The position numbers and the translations under genes are program-made. From Malacoraja senta (lineage: Eukaryota), in the NCBI GenBank assembly GCA_038087875.1, contig CM076000.1, forward strand, positions 1,302,001-1,366,000: a DNA stretch of 64,000 nt, in the 5' to 3' direction. Positions 15,026 to 27,079 of this stretch are shown piece after piece; position 1 is the first letter of the stretch; each line of letters opens with the position of its first letter. The notes beneath the pieces were generated by a model that searched no databases, had not been told where the DNA came from, and saw only the letters and a program-made list of their open reading frames with translations.

Positions 15026-17441
15026 AGCAAAGTTTTCCATTATCATGGTTTCAGATTGAACAACTAAGAGATGAGAAAATGGACCATCAGTGCTCTATTG
15101 AAGTACAAATATAGATAAGTTGACCATCTTGTGTGTAATTATTATGTAGTTTAGTGTCGTTCTGTGCAACCTGGACTAATGGATTGACTGATCACCTTCT
15201 CAGATTTCCCTGAAAATTTGTGTCTGTACATCAGAGCACACAAGTAACACAACAGAAAACAAGGTCTCAACTCCAAATTCCAATGGGCATTTGGGAATAA
15301 TTCGAGCTATATCAATAGTTCATAACTTCAAAGGAACTTTGTTGAAAGTTGATTTTTCTGCTGTGTTCTTTGTACCAGAGGTGTGCAAAACATGATTTTC
15401 AATCAAATCTGATGGTGACCAGCCAACCTTCTTACTTTTATTTGATACAGAATCAAATCATTCAATACTAAGCAATTTATATACGTCTCCGATAAACCAT
15501 CAATGTTTGCTGGATTTTGGTCCTTGAAAATTGCATTTTTTGACCTTGAAAGTCCTTGAATTTATAGCTTCCAAGTGTACGAACTTTGCTTAAAAATGCA
15601 GCACTGTCGCAATTTTCATCTGAAAGGCATTTTCTCCGATACACTGCATTGTGAGGAGTTGCAGTAGCCATAGCCCTCTCCTTAAAGTAATTCCTCGGCC
15701 TTGGCACCACACGTTAAATCATTACCGAGCTGAACTCCTTTGCCGCCTTTCTCAATGATCTCATCCCTTTCGTAATCAGTGAGCCTTGTGTATCAGAGAT
15801 AATCCCTTGCAGATGACAGGCATGCACTGAGATGTCCTGAGTGCACTCGGGATTGGAAGAGCTGTGGCAAAGGAGGAACTTGGCTCATATCCAAACCAGA
15901 CTGCCCCACAGTATTGAGTGAGTAAAAATAAAAATTGACAACATTTCTTTCTTTTGCATAACCCTTGTCCAATCTTTCCCCATGGTCTAATATTGGCCTC
16001 AGCTGTCAAATAGCAACAGTGGGTCACTTAGTCATCGCCAATAAAATGGCTTGTTATGAGGGAAAAACGTCCCATAGGAATGCATCTCTACTTAAAAATG
16101 GGATTCAATGAGAGCTTTATTCCAGAAAATCACTATATGTAGTTTTCTAGAAATGTAACCCTCCATAAGACAGGTCACCTCTACTGCATTTTGTAAATGA
16201 TACGCTCTAACGTCTGTGCTAGGGGTGATGGGAATGAGTGTATAGGATGATTGATGGAGTACGAATGAAGCAGACTGCTTGATGGTGTGAATGTTGTTGC
16301 ATCTGCACTCCACCAGCTGAGTGGACAGTATTGTGTGTAAGATGTGAGTTAGACATTGATAAATTGTGATGGCCACTTTCACCAAAATATATTTTAAACT
16401 AATTTATCCTTTGGTTGGGGTGAGTGAAAACTGAGATTACTCCTCAGCGCACAGTTCCAGATGTAGATGGGAATGTTAATATAATTCTAGCTCAGTCATG
16501 ATCAATAATGGCAGTCTCAATGGAGAAATTACATCCTAAACCGAAAGACCTCTCAGCTAATCCTACGAAACCAGTAACTAGATTAGAGAGTCTGTGCAAT
16601 GAGTATGTGGTGCTAAATCAGATTAGGTTTTATCAGGGATGAGGTGTCCATCTTTAACATCAATGAGCAAGCAACAAAAGTAAAGCAACAGAAAATGTCA
16701 AAGTCTACATTTTAGTTTAGAGATAGTGTGGAAACAGGCCCTTCGGCCCACCGAGCCTACACACACCAGGGTCAATTTAATCAAGCCAATTAGCCTACAA
16801 ACCTGTATGTCTTTGGAGTGTGGGAGGAAACTGGAACACCCAGAGAAAACCCATGGATGCCACGGGGAGAACATACAAACTGCGTAGGCAGCACCCATGG
16901 TCAGTATCTAATTTGTAATTCATTGCTAAATTCAACAGCAAGATCTTGCAAACCAGAATGAATTGTTTCATCTGTTTCTTTAATTGAGGAAGGAGTAAAA
17001 ACCAATAGTCTGTTCAAGTAGTCCCACAGAATGTAAAGCCAATGTTTTCAGCTTCCAGGCTGGTTAGTTTGTGATCCTCATTTTAATGAGTGGACTGAAA
17101 ATAATAGCACCATGTCATCAGAGGTAGGAAAATTCAGCCTCAGCGTCCAGTTAAACCAAATTGGGTTAAATGTTCTATCCTCATGCACTATAAAGAATGT
17201 AGCACATTCATAAAAATAAGATTCACACTATTTTATAACACTGATGAAATCCTTATTTGTGCATTTAGTATAACACAGTATAACAATAGTGGGGTCCAAT
17301 TTTTTACACGCTAATGTCCCTCATAACATGTAAATTGAAGAAATAAAAAGGCAGGCTGGAATTTATACTTGTCCTTAATGACTTAATCATCTGAAAAATG
17401 TTAGACAATTAAAATGCACAAAAATTACAGTTCAGAATGTG

Positions 17442-17447
17442 TTTATT
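17442..17447 (-). promoter_or_regulatory. Candidate distal poly(A) signal of RNF149
   Basis: Minus-strand AATAAA followed about 20 nt later by U/GU-rich tttttgtgcatttt. Confidence 0.55.
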
Positions 17448-18971
17448 GCATGCACACAATTTCACTAGGGGCCTGGTCTCCAAAGCCTTAAATCCCCACC
17501 ATCACTGCCATCGTTTTTAAAAATTACAAATTGACCTTAGAATCTTTACAAGAAACATTTTAAACTGTAGCCAGCCAGACATAAATGAAATGGCAGACTA
17601 AAGCAAGTTCTACTAAAGGAACTGCAAGTATGTAGCCCCATGTTAATCTTCTCATGACAACTTACATTTTGTTAGAAAGCAATGTTGGCATTTAATTTAC
17701 TATAAAAGAAGATACTACGCCGTCTCTTTTGGTATCTCACTGCTTGCATCTATGGGCTCACTTTAAAAATAAAATAGTGGCAAACAGTGACCTGCACTGA
17801 ACAGGATGAAATGTTAATGCGTTTCCATGTTTCTGTAATATGTCATATGCTGTTAATTCCATAATACAGTAATGAGCAAATTTTGTTTGAATTTGGTTTT
17901 AAATATCTTGAATTTTTGCCCCAAATATTAATGCAGTTTTATAAATTACTACCACAATGATATATTTTGCAGATTATGGTTATTAATTTATTTTCATAAG
18001 GCACATTGTTTTATTGCTCTTTTACATTAAAATGAAGTACAAGATCTTATTGGTTTGGCATAATTATAAAATATTGCCAATTTCAAATTGCCCTTAAAAT
18101 TTGACAATACTACAATAATGGGTAGTATAATTGTATTAACATTGTTATGAAGCAGTAATGCAGCTTTATCAAAAGTTAATTGGTTGATTATAATTATAAT
18201 TATGGAAAGTTTACCAGCAAATTTGGACAAGTTTTGAAGTGCAAGTAGTTGAAATTTTAATCCAATGATATTGGTCTTTTATGACCATCGTCATAATTGA
18301 AATGCTGAACAAACATTTGTTTAATTATTCAATCTTTTTAGTGCATTTTAATGGAGACCTCGTGCAGCCACAGGTGGAACTAAATTAGCACACAATATCC
18401 TTAAAATGGAAGGGCCACTTGGAGAAATCTACCAAACATTGTGGAACGGTAGTGGGATGAACTGGTAGAATAGGATAATTCCTTGAAATATATGTTACTA
18501 GTCCGGTTAAGATCATTGACAATATCACAATATGACAACTGGCTACAAATAACTCCCCAGACATCCATATTTGACAAATTGGCAATATAAATCCATTGAA
18601 AATGTGATCAAATAAGCATATTTACAAATATATTTGAGAGAGAACGAAGAAAAAGACAAAATGGACACATATATAACCAGTGATTTTTAAATTCCAGCAT
18701 CACAAATCTACATTCTGGAAGAACAGGAATTTAGCAATATATAAAAAGGAATCCCATGTGTTACCAGATCAATGTATTTCATCACCTCTATGAAAAATTA
18801 CCCAATGTTCTATACAGAGATTATTTTAAACAGTTAGAATTGCAAAGCAATAAATTAAAATACATGACCTAATATTTCATTCCACACACCAAACTGCATA
18901 CAATATTTTCATTTTACTTCGAAAAATCCACAATGGCCTTTCGTGCTTCAAGAGAACATCACTTTCCAATT

Positions 18972-19051
18972 TTAGAAGTGTTCACCTGGAATCTGGACAT
19001 CCAATAGGGCAAGACGAACTGTCACTATTATTTGATTTTCTAAATTTGCTT
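18972..19051 (-). CDS. RNF149: RNF149 candidate alternative last exon B (coding part, or purely UTR)
   Basis: Strong acceptor ttttttcttttctttag|AA GCA... gives (E)ANLENQIIVTVRLALLDVQIPGEHF*, followed by about 1.5 kb of repeat-free AT-rich sequence. Confidence 0.45.
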
Positions 19052-19384
19052 CTAAAGAAAAGAAAAAAATTGTGAAAGTTTTGAAGAAAATCTTTTTTTT
19101 TTTAAAGCTGACTATTAGAATTTACATATTCAACAAAACAAATCTATTGCAGCTTTAAAATGATGAGGGGGAGGAGTATTTCTTTGTGCACATTACGTGT
19201 GCGTGCGTGTGTGTGTGTACTATCTATATAACTAAAGTCTTGTCCCTGTGTGTGTGTGTTCCCACGATGTGTCAATCTGCTTTTCCCTATCATCTTCCCA
19301 ACGCTAGGCCACAGCCTCCCATTTTCATATATCTTACTCACATTTTTCCTGTCGCATTCCCACCTATATTTCCAAAGATATTAA

Positions 19385-22212
19385 CCATATAACCATATAA
19401 CCATAACAGCACGGAAACAGGCCATCTCGGCCCTTCAAGTCCGTGCCGAACATTAATTTTTTTTTATTTTTTTAAATTAAAATAAAATGCTTCCCCCTAG
19501 TCCCATCTACCTGCACTCAGACCATAACCCTCCATTCCTTTCCCGTCCATATACCCATCCAATCTATTTTTAAAGGATAACATCGAACCTGCCTCCACCA
19601 CTTCCACTGGAAGCTCATTCCACACAGCTACCACTCTCTGAGTAAAGAAGTTCCCCCTAATGTTCCCCTAAACTTCTGTCCCTTAATTCTCAAGTCATGT
19701 CCCCTTGTTTGAATCTTCCCTACTCTCAATGGAAAAGCTTATCCACGCTCATAATTTTAAAGACCTCTATCAAGTCCCCTCTTAACCTTCTGCGCTCCAA
19801 AGAATAAAGACCTAACTTGTTCAACCTTTCTCTGTAACTTAGTTGCTGAAACCCAGGCAACATTCTAGTAAATCTCCTCTGTACTCTCTCTATTTTGTTG
19901 CCATCCTTCCTATAATTAGGCGACCAAAATTGTACTCCATACTCCAGAATTGGCCTCACCAATGCCATGCCTTGTACAATTTTAACATTACATCCCAACT
20001 TCTATATTCAATGCTCTGATTTATAAAGGCCAGCACACCAAAAGCTTTCTTTACCACCCTATCTACATGAGATTCCACCTTCAGGGAACTATGCACAGTT
20101 ATTCCTAGATCCCTCTGTTCAACTGCATTCCTCAATTCGCTACCATTTACCGTGTACGTCCTATTTTGATTTGTCCTGCCGAGATGTAGCACCTCACATT
20201 TGTCAGCATTAAACTCCATCTGCCATCTTTCAGCCCACTCTTCCAAATGGCCTAAATCTCTCTGTAGACTTTGAAAATCTACTTCATTATCCACAACACC
20301 ACCTATCTTAGTATCATCTGCATACTTACTAATCCAATTTTCCACACCTTCATCCAGATCATTGATGTACATGACAAACAACAGTGGACCCAACACAGAC
20401 CCCTGAGGCACCCCACTAATCACCGGCCTCCAACCTGACAAACAGCCATCCACCATTACTCTCTGGCATCTCCCATTCAGCCACTGTTGAATCCATCTTG
20501 CTACTCCACCATTAATACCCAACAATTGAATCTTCTTAACCAACCTTCCATGAGGAACCTTGTCAAAGGCCTTACTGAAGTCCATATAGACAACATCCAC
20601 TGCTTTACCCTCATCAATTTCCCTAGTAACCTCTTCGAAAAATTCAAGAAGATTAGTCAAGCATGACCTTCCAGGCACAAATTCCATGTTGACTGTTCCT
20701 AATCAGACCCTGCTTATCCAGATGCTTATATATATTATCTTTAAGTATCCTTTCCATTAATTTGCCCACCACTGACGTCAAACTAACAGGTCTATAATTG
20801 CTAGGTTTACTCTTCGAACCCTTTTTAAACAACGGAACAACATGCGCAGTACGCCAATCCTCCGGCACTATTCCCGTTTCTAATGACATTTGAAATATTT
20901 CTGTCATAGCCCCTGCTATTTCTACACTAACTTCCCTCAATGTCCTAGGAATATCCTGTCAGGACCTGGAGACTTATCCGTTTTCATATTTTTCAAAAGT
21001 GTCCGCACCTCCTCTTCTTTGAATCTTACAGTTACTACTCTGTAACTCTGCTACTCTGCTCGTTTCCCTTACCTCACATAATTCCATATCCTTCTCCTTC
21101 GTGAATACCGAAGAAAAGAAATTGTTCAATATCTCCCCCATCTCTTTTGGCTCTGCAGATAGCTGTCCACTCTGACTCTCTAATGGACCGATTTTATTCC
21201 TTGTTATCCTTTTGCTATTAATATAGCTGTAGAAACCCTTTGGATTTACTTTCACCTTACTTGCCAAAGCAACCTCATATCTTCTTTTAGCTTTTCTAAT
21301 TTCTTTCTTAATATTCTTTTTACATTCTTTATACTCCTCAAGCACCTCATTTACTCCATGCTGCCTATAATTATTGTAGATCTCTCTCTTTTTCCGAACC
21401 AAGTGTCCAATTTCCCTTGAAAACCATGGCTCTTTCCATTTTTACTATTTCCTTTCAACCGAACAGGGACATAAAGATTCTGTACTCTTAAAATGTCACC
21501 CTTAAATGTCCTCCATTTTTCTTCTACATCCTTCCCATAAAACAACATGTCCCAATTCACTCCTTTTAAATCCTTTCGCATCTCCTCAAAGTTAGCCTTT
21601 CTCCAAACAAAAATCTCAACCCTAGGTCCAGTTCTGACCCTCTCCATAATTATATTGAAACTAATGGTATTGTGATCACTGGGACCCGAAGTGCTCCCCG
21701 ACGCATACCTCCGCCACTTGCCCTGTCTCATTTCCTAACAGGAGGTCCAGCACTGCCCTTCTCTAGTAGGTACCTCTATGTATTGCTGCAAAAACTATCT
21801 TGCACACATTTTACAAACTCCAAACCATCCAGCCCTTTTACAGAATGTGTTTCCCAGTCTATGTGTGGAAAATTGAAATCTCCCACAATCACTACCTTGT
21901 GCTTACTACTAATATCTGCTATCTCCTTACATATTTGCTCTTCCAATTCTCGCTCCCCATTTGGCGGTCTATAATACACCCCTATAAGTGTTGCTACACC
22001 TTTCCCATTTCTCAGTTCCACCCAAATAGCCTCCCTCGACGAGCCCTCTAATCTATCCTGCCAAAGCACTGCTGTAATATCTTCCTCGACAAGCAATGCA
22101 ACACCCCCACCTCTTGCCCCTCCAATTCTATCACCCCTGAAGCAACGAAATCCTGGAATATTTATTTGCCAATCACAGCCCTCCTGCAACCATGTTTCAC
22201 TGATCGCCACAA
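19385..22212 (-). mobile_element. Fairly young CR1 LINE (most of ORF2)
   Basis: AISETWL, GDFNFPHIDW, YADDTKIG motifs with few frameshifts. (ACCATATA)n-type tail; ATTAA at both junctions. Confidence 0.93.
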
Positions 22213-22659
22213 CATTAATCCTTTAAATTTTAAAAACAGCCCCAAGAACTCACCCGTTTCTGGAAAAAAAAAACCCGAGTGACGTCACAATGCACTCACA
22301 AGGCAGGACGGGACACTCTGGGAGGGGCACTCCAGCGCTCGCGGTGAACGAGGAGTGGCGACGGCTGCCGACGCCCGATTACCTGGTTGGGAGGGTGGTG
22401 CCGCGGGCCGAGCTCGGGCCGACAAAGAAGCCGCAGCTGAAACCAAGGACGATCCGGGGTCAGGAACAAGCCCGCTGGAGCCCAGGCGGCGGCTGAGCTG
22501 ACGGATGGAGTCTACAGCCAAGGCCGCGTTCCAAGCCCTGGCGGTGCTCTACGACCTGGGTAGGGTCCTGGGGCAGGGAATGGGAGTGGGGAGGAGGATG
22601 AGGGAAATGAGAAGGAGGGAGATGGGGTGGGGGGGGTGTGGAGGAGGAGATGCCTCCTC

Positions 22660-23045
22660 CCTAACTACCCTCCCACCCTCTACCCCCTCCCTCCCCCTCC
22701 ACTCTACCCCTCCCCACTCTACCCCCCTCCTCTCTCTCCCCCTCCGCCCTTCTCCCCACCCTCCACCCCCCTCACCCTCCCTCTCCGCCACCTCCCTCTC
22801 CGCCCCCCTACCCTTTCTGCCCCCCTACCCTTTCTGCCCCCCTACCCTTTCTGCCCCCCTACCCTTTCTACCCCCCTCCCTCTGCCCCCCTCCCTCTGCC
22901 CCCCTCCCTCTGCCCACCCTCCCTCTGCCCCCCCTCCCTCTCTGCCACCCCCCTCTGCCATCCCCCCCTGCCTCTCTGCACCCCCTCCCTCTCTATCACC
23001 TCTCCGTCACTACCACCTCTCCCTCTCTACCCCCCTCCCTCTCTA
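22660..23045. repeat. C/T-rich low-complexity tract with CCCCCTACCCTTTCTG-like units
   Basis: Directly visible. Confidence 0.9.
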
Positions 23046-23364
23046 GGGATTGAAGAGGGAGGGTGAAGAAGAGGAGGAGGGAGTGCTGTGGGATGAGAGA
23101 AATGACCGCGCCTGCGCATTTGGGGGTTATGCGTGAGTGGTGCAATATTGCGTTGGGGAATGGCTTGCGTTGGGGGAACGGGTGAGTGGTGGACACACAC
23201 ACACGCACACACGACTCTTCTCAGATATATCATATGTATCTATATATTTTTTCAGGATGCATAATGGCCTAGCGCTGCCAATCCACAATAACCCATTTTA
23301 TTGTATCTTGTACTAAAATTACCCTTAGCAGAACTGTGGGGAGAGCTCAACGAGCATTGAACCA

Positions 23365-23438
23365 TTACAATTTTACATTGCAAGCATTTGATGAAATGGC
23401 CCCTTTGCAGTGGCGAGGTAGCAGACTTCCAATGCCAG
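23365..23438 (-). CDS. RNF149: RNF149 candidate last coding exon A
   Basis: ttccag|CT GGC... in phase 1 gives (A)GIGSLLPRHCKGAISSNACNVKL*, resembling the recalled human terminus AGRSDSRHGGPIS. A minus-strand AATAAA follows at 23297-23302. Confidence 0.6.
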
Positions 23439-23749
23439 CTGGAATAGAAGCTTGATTGGAAGCTAGAGGAAGAGTTGTGGGGCAAATTCTCTTAATAAAG
23501 AACATTGAGCCGTGGATAATTTAGCATATTAAACATTTATATTTAGATTTTGTTTACACCTTAACTTCTGTTCAAAAAGGCTCCACAGTAGAATATTGAA
23601 TGGCATCATCCTTTCTTTCAATCTTTGTAGCAAATATGCTTCATGTTGTTGCTTTCCAGAGAGCATGAAATCCCTGTTTGCTTCTCAATGAGGTATAATC
23701 ACAGTACCATTCTTCTGATAGGGAAGAGGAGCTACCAAAGCTTTCTGTT

Positions 23750-23937
23750 AAGACACAAAATGCTGGAGTATCTCTGTTGGACAGGCAGCATCTCTGGAGA
23801 GAAGGAATGGGTAACTTCAGACTGGCTGATACATCACCCATTCCTTCTCCCCAGAGATGCTGCCTGTCCCGCTGAGTTACTCCAACATTTTGTGTCTATC
23901 TTCGGTGTAAACCAGCATCTGCAGTTCCTTCCTACAC
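23750..23937. mobile_element. Penelope-derived short palindromic repeat
   Basis: Inverted pseudo-LTR halves. Flanking AAGCTTTCTGTT at 23738-23749 and 24374-24385. Similar copies at about 75-310, 960-1120, 39520-39720, 50215-50380 and 58750-58960. Confidence 0.65.
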
Positions 23938-23944
23938 AAGCTTT

Positions 23945-24366
23945 ATTTTTATTTTTTTATTTTATTAGAAGTTAATACAATACAAAACAATACAGTGGCA
24001 CCTAATTTTAGGTGCCAACTATGTCATAACGTAATACATTCTATGTACAACCTCTAGTTTTATGTTTTTGAAAAGGAGGTTAAAAAAAACCTTGAAGAAA
24101 TGAGACTCCGCCTAATAGATAAATATGACCAATTCTTAAGGAGTTGGTCCCTTTCATCGACTTTTTGGAATCATGTGATGTAGCAGTACCGTAAAGATTA
24201 CTGATTTCAGGTCAGGTCGTGGATAGATTTACATCTCCGAACAAAGATTTGAAAATTTCTTTTTTAAGGGTCTTTTTCTACTATTTCTACTTTCTATTTT
24301 TCTTTTCTTATATACACACTTCACGTTTTTCTATTTTCTACTATTTATTTTTCCTCTTTTTTTTTA
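23945..24366 (-). mobile_element. Short L1 insertion with 5' inversion
   Basis: TSD CCTACACAAGCTTT at 23931-23944 and 24367-24380. Poly(A) and AATAAA on the minus strand at left. The ORF2 end (EEMRLRLIDKYDQFLRSWS) reads on the plus strand. Confidence 0.75.
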
Positions 24367-25294
24367 CCTACACAAGCTTTCTGTTTGCTCACTTGCTGGA
24401 AGTGCATGTGGATGTCAAGCAGTTAGCTTATACTCTAAGTTACCATTTCTCGTCATTATATGTACAGGTGAAACATCAACCGGTTAACAAGATTAAAAGA
24501 TTGATCTGATCAAATAAATTCCTGGAGGATTTCGAACAGGAATTTGCAGCTTATTGGATTTTAAGGATGGGTGCTCTTATTGATGCGCTTTAGATCTTTA
24601 AAACTAAATCTAGATATTAACAATAAATCTAGATATTAACATATTGCAAATGGAATATTACAAAGTAGTTCCTGGAGAAATCTGTTACACAGAACACATG
24701 CTGTACAAGATCATGCCCATAGCTGTGATAGGCTTAAAAAGCATGCCCTCTACTGAAATAATGTGCTTGAATATCTCTACCTCAAGTTACACTTGGAAGT
24801 TCTCTCTCCAGCGGTTCTGTCAAAACCTCACTCACTATTCACCCTCTCTGCCTGATATGCACCTATTTCTCCCACTATCCTAGCCCCTTCCTCACCTACC
24901 TTCCCTTCCAGCTATATGCCTCCCTCCTTTACATTTAATTCCTCTTCTCTCCTTACCTGACTGTTTTGTCTCCTTTTTCTCGAGATCATTGCAAAAAAGG
25001 GGCCATCAAACTAAAATTTGCTAAGAACACATTGTCGTGCACTCTGTCCTCCAGACACTGCAAATGACTAGAAGATGAGCAACCGGATGCCAACATTGTG
25101 AATTTCAGGTATATCTCTAATAGTGCCACATGCTACTGCGTCCATCTCAAACGCTACCAGTATGCCACTATCAGGTATATTATCCTGGTCCATCTCCAAT
25201 TCCCCAGCAGCTTCACATGCTTTTAGTTTTATATAATTTATGCCTGCTTGAAGATTAATTTTATTATACTCAAACTTTGACCAAATTTACATAC

Positions 25295-25481
25295 CAATTA
25301 AGGCTACAGCTTCATCCTCTTCCGTTAGTCTATCATCATGCTGTAACGACTCAAAGGTTGGAGAGTCAGGGAGCATGCTTGCTTCAGCTCCATCTTGTCG
25401 AGGAACATTTGCATTGCCACCTGGGATATTGTCAGGTACCGACTCTGGGATAACTACTTCAACATTTTCACATATATCCAT
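25295..25481 (-). CDS. RNF149: RNF149 post-RING acidic/low-complexity exon
   Basis: gatag|ATG GAT...ATT G|gtatgt; 187 nt, open and in phase. Translates MDICENVEVVIPES...EEDEAVALI. Confidence 0.85.
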
Positions 25482-26262
25482 CTATCACAGGTATAAATAA
25501 TGTAGTCAGTAACAAAAGATAATTAAAAAAAAAACTCTCTTAATCACATCTTTGACTAAACGAGATCAAAATGTTGATCCAAGAGATTGGTTATAACGGA
25601 GGACCCACCCGCTGTGGACCGAGGACTCGCTCACCACGGTCAGAGGACCGAAGATCGCCCTCTGCGGACTGACGACAGAGAACCCGACAGTAGGCCCGGC
25701 TACCATGGACTACAAAATTGTCCCTGAGCCACCGGCGTCGCTGGGGCCTGCACTGCTGCGATCGAGGAAGAACCTGAGAACGAGGTAGACATCGAGAGCG
25801 AAGGGAGACCCGGTGGGGGGGCCACCGAGAACAAAGGGGACCCGGCGGGTGGCTGCCGAGAACGAGGAGGACCCAGCAAGAGGGGGGGCAGCTGCTGCCA
25901 TGTGTGGCGGCAGGCAGTAGATAGGAATGTTCGGTAAACTTTTGTAACTGTTGGCGCCAGACACATGGCGACACTTGTGTGCTGCCAACGGGAGGTCTGC
26001 TGTACACTTTTATGTGGTTGTATGCGAAACAAAGCATTTCACTGTACCTAGGTTACAAAGTGTCATTGCTTTCACAGGAGATGGAGCTTTGTTTTGAAGT
26101 GCTTAAATGAGGCGTAGATAAATGCACTCGGCTCTCTGAAGTGAGGTTTAAATCAATGCTTCCGACTCAAAGATAAGAATCCTAAAGCTAATAGATGACA
26201 TTTAAAAATATTGATTTGGGTATTTGTACACACTCTTAATTTTGCATCAACTGAATAATTAA

Positions 26263-26421
26263 AGGGCCTGTCCCACTTTAACGACCTCTGCCAAGTTTGC
26301 CCTTGACTCATACTCACAGCATGGTCGTAGGTACTCGTGGCATCAAGTAGGTTGGGGCATTTTTCTCGCCTGATGAAAAATGTCCACGAGTAAAAAAGGT
26401 CGTGAAAGTGGGACAGGCCCT
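26263..26421. mobile_element. PIF/Harbinger-like MITE
   Basis: TIRs AGGGCCTGTCCCACTTT / AAAGTGGGACAGGCCCT, flanked by TAA and TTA. Confidence 0.75.
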
Positions 26422-26456
26422 TTACTGCTCTATCCAATTGTTTTTCCATTACTTAC

Positions 26457-26553
26457 CATAAAACCAAGTGCTTTAATGACATCGAGTTTGCACATTGGAC
26501 AGGTATGATGCTCAAGAAGCCATGGATCAATGCACACTCTATGGAATACATGC
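26457..26553 (-). CDS. RNF149: RNF149 exon, second half of the RING-H2 finger
   Basis: tttag|G CAT...ATG|gtaagt; 97 nt. Translates [32 protein letters not shown], completing the C3H2C3 motif. Confidence 0.95.
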
Positions 26554-26754
26554 CTAAAGGATAGGTACAAAATCATAAACTAATTGCAATAGATGCTAAA
26601 ACTGAATTCCAACCTCAGCTTATTTACTTATTTTGTAGCAACAAATATTCCAAATTTCTAGCACTTTTCTATAGTTTTAAAACAATTGTTATTTTTATAC
26701 GTCCTTTCAGGTTAAAGTATTCACTATTTACAGCATAATACCAAAGATTCATAC

Positions 26755-26837
26755 TTGCACGGGAGAATTCGGACAACATCTCGGGATCTGTACACTTCAA
26801 TACACACAGCACAGCCTTCAATGTCCAAATCAATTTC
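26755..26837 (-). CDS. RNF149: RNF149 exon, first half of the RING-H2 finger
   Basis: ttag|GAA ATT...TGC AA|gtatga; 83 nt. Translates [27 protein letters not shown](K), a PA-TM-RING (Goliath) family sequence. Position between CNOT11 and CREG2 points to RNF149. Confidence 0.92.
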
Positions 26838-27079
26838 CTAACAAGCATTAAAGGGTAAATTAGATAAAGGCACAATCTCTATTTGAATTTTGAATCAATT
26901 AAAAAAACAAAACAGCAATTTAAAATTCACAGTAAATGTTGAAAATACTCAGATTAGACCTGCATCTGTGTGAAGAGAAACAGAGTTAATGTTTAAGGTC
27001 GAAAACTTCATCAGGTTTGTGCAATCCTTGTTCAAGATTATTCAAGAAGGTCGTACTTCGAGAAATAGGAGCCAAGATA

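Larger units (their letters stand above)
10215..15588. mobile_element. Old non-autonomous DNA transposon enclosing the CR1 and Rex insertions
   Basis: Degenerate TIRs CGGTGCCCGTACA / TGTACGAACTTTG. CCTTGAAAGTCCTTG subterminal repeats at both ends. Flanking CTTAAA at 10209-10214 and 15589-15594. Confidence 0.6.
19223..23192 (+). mobile_element. Putative non-autonomous Helitron-like element split by the CR1
   Basis: Starts A|TCTATATAACTAAAG and continues across the CR1 insertion site, with a GC-rich core and C-rich repeats. No 3' hairpin or CTAG end seen. Confidence 0.35.

Noticed and set aside
22505..23053. Proline-rich ORFs of 182 and 139 aa
   Set aside because: Products of a C-rich low-complexity tract, with no splice or homology support.
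19053..23322. Possible SNORD89 orthologue (hosted near the RNF149 3' end in human, as recalled)
   Set aside because: No minus-strand C/D box pair or recognisable match found by eye. The TGATGA at about 19161 is on the wrong strand. An Infernal search would settle it.
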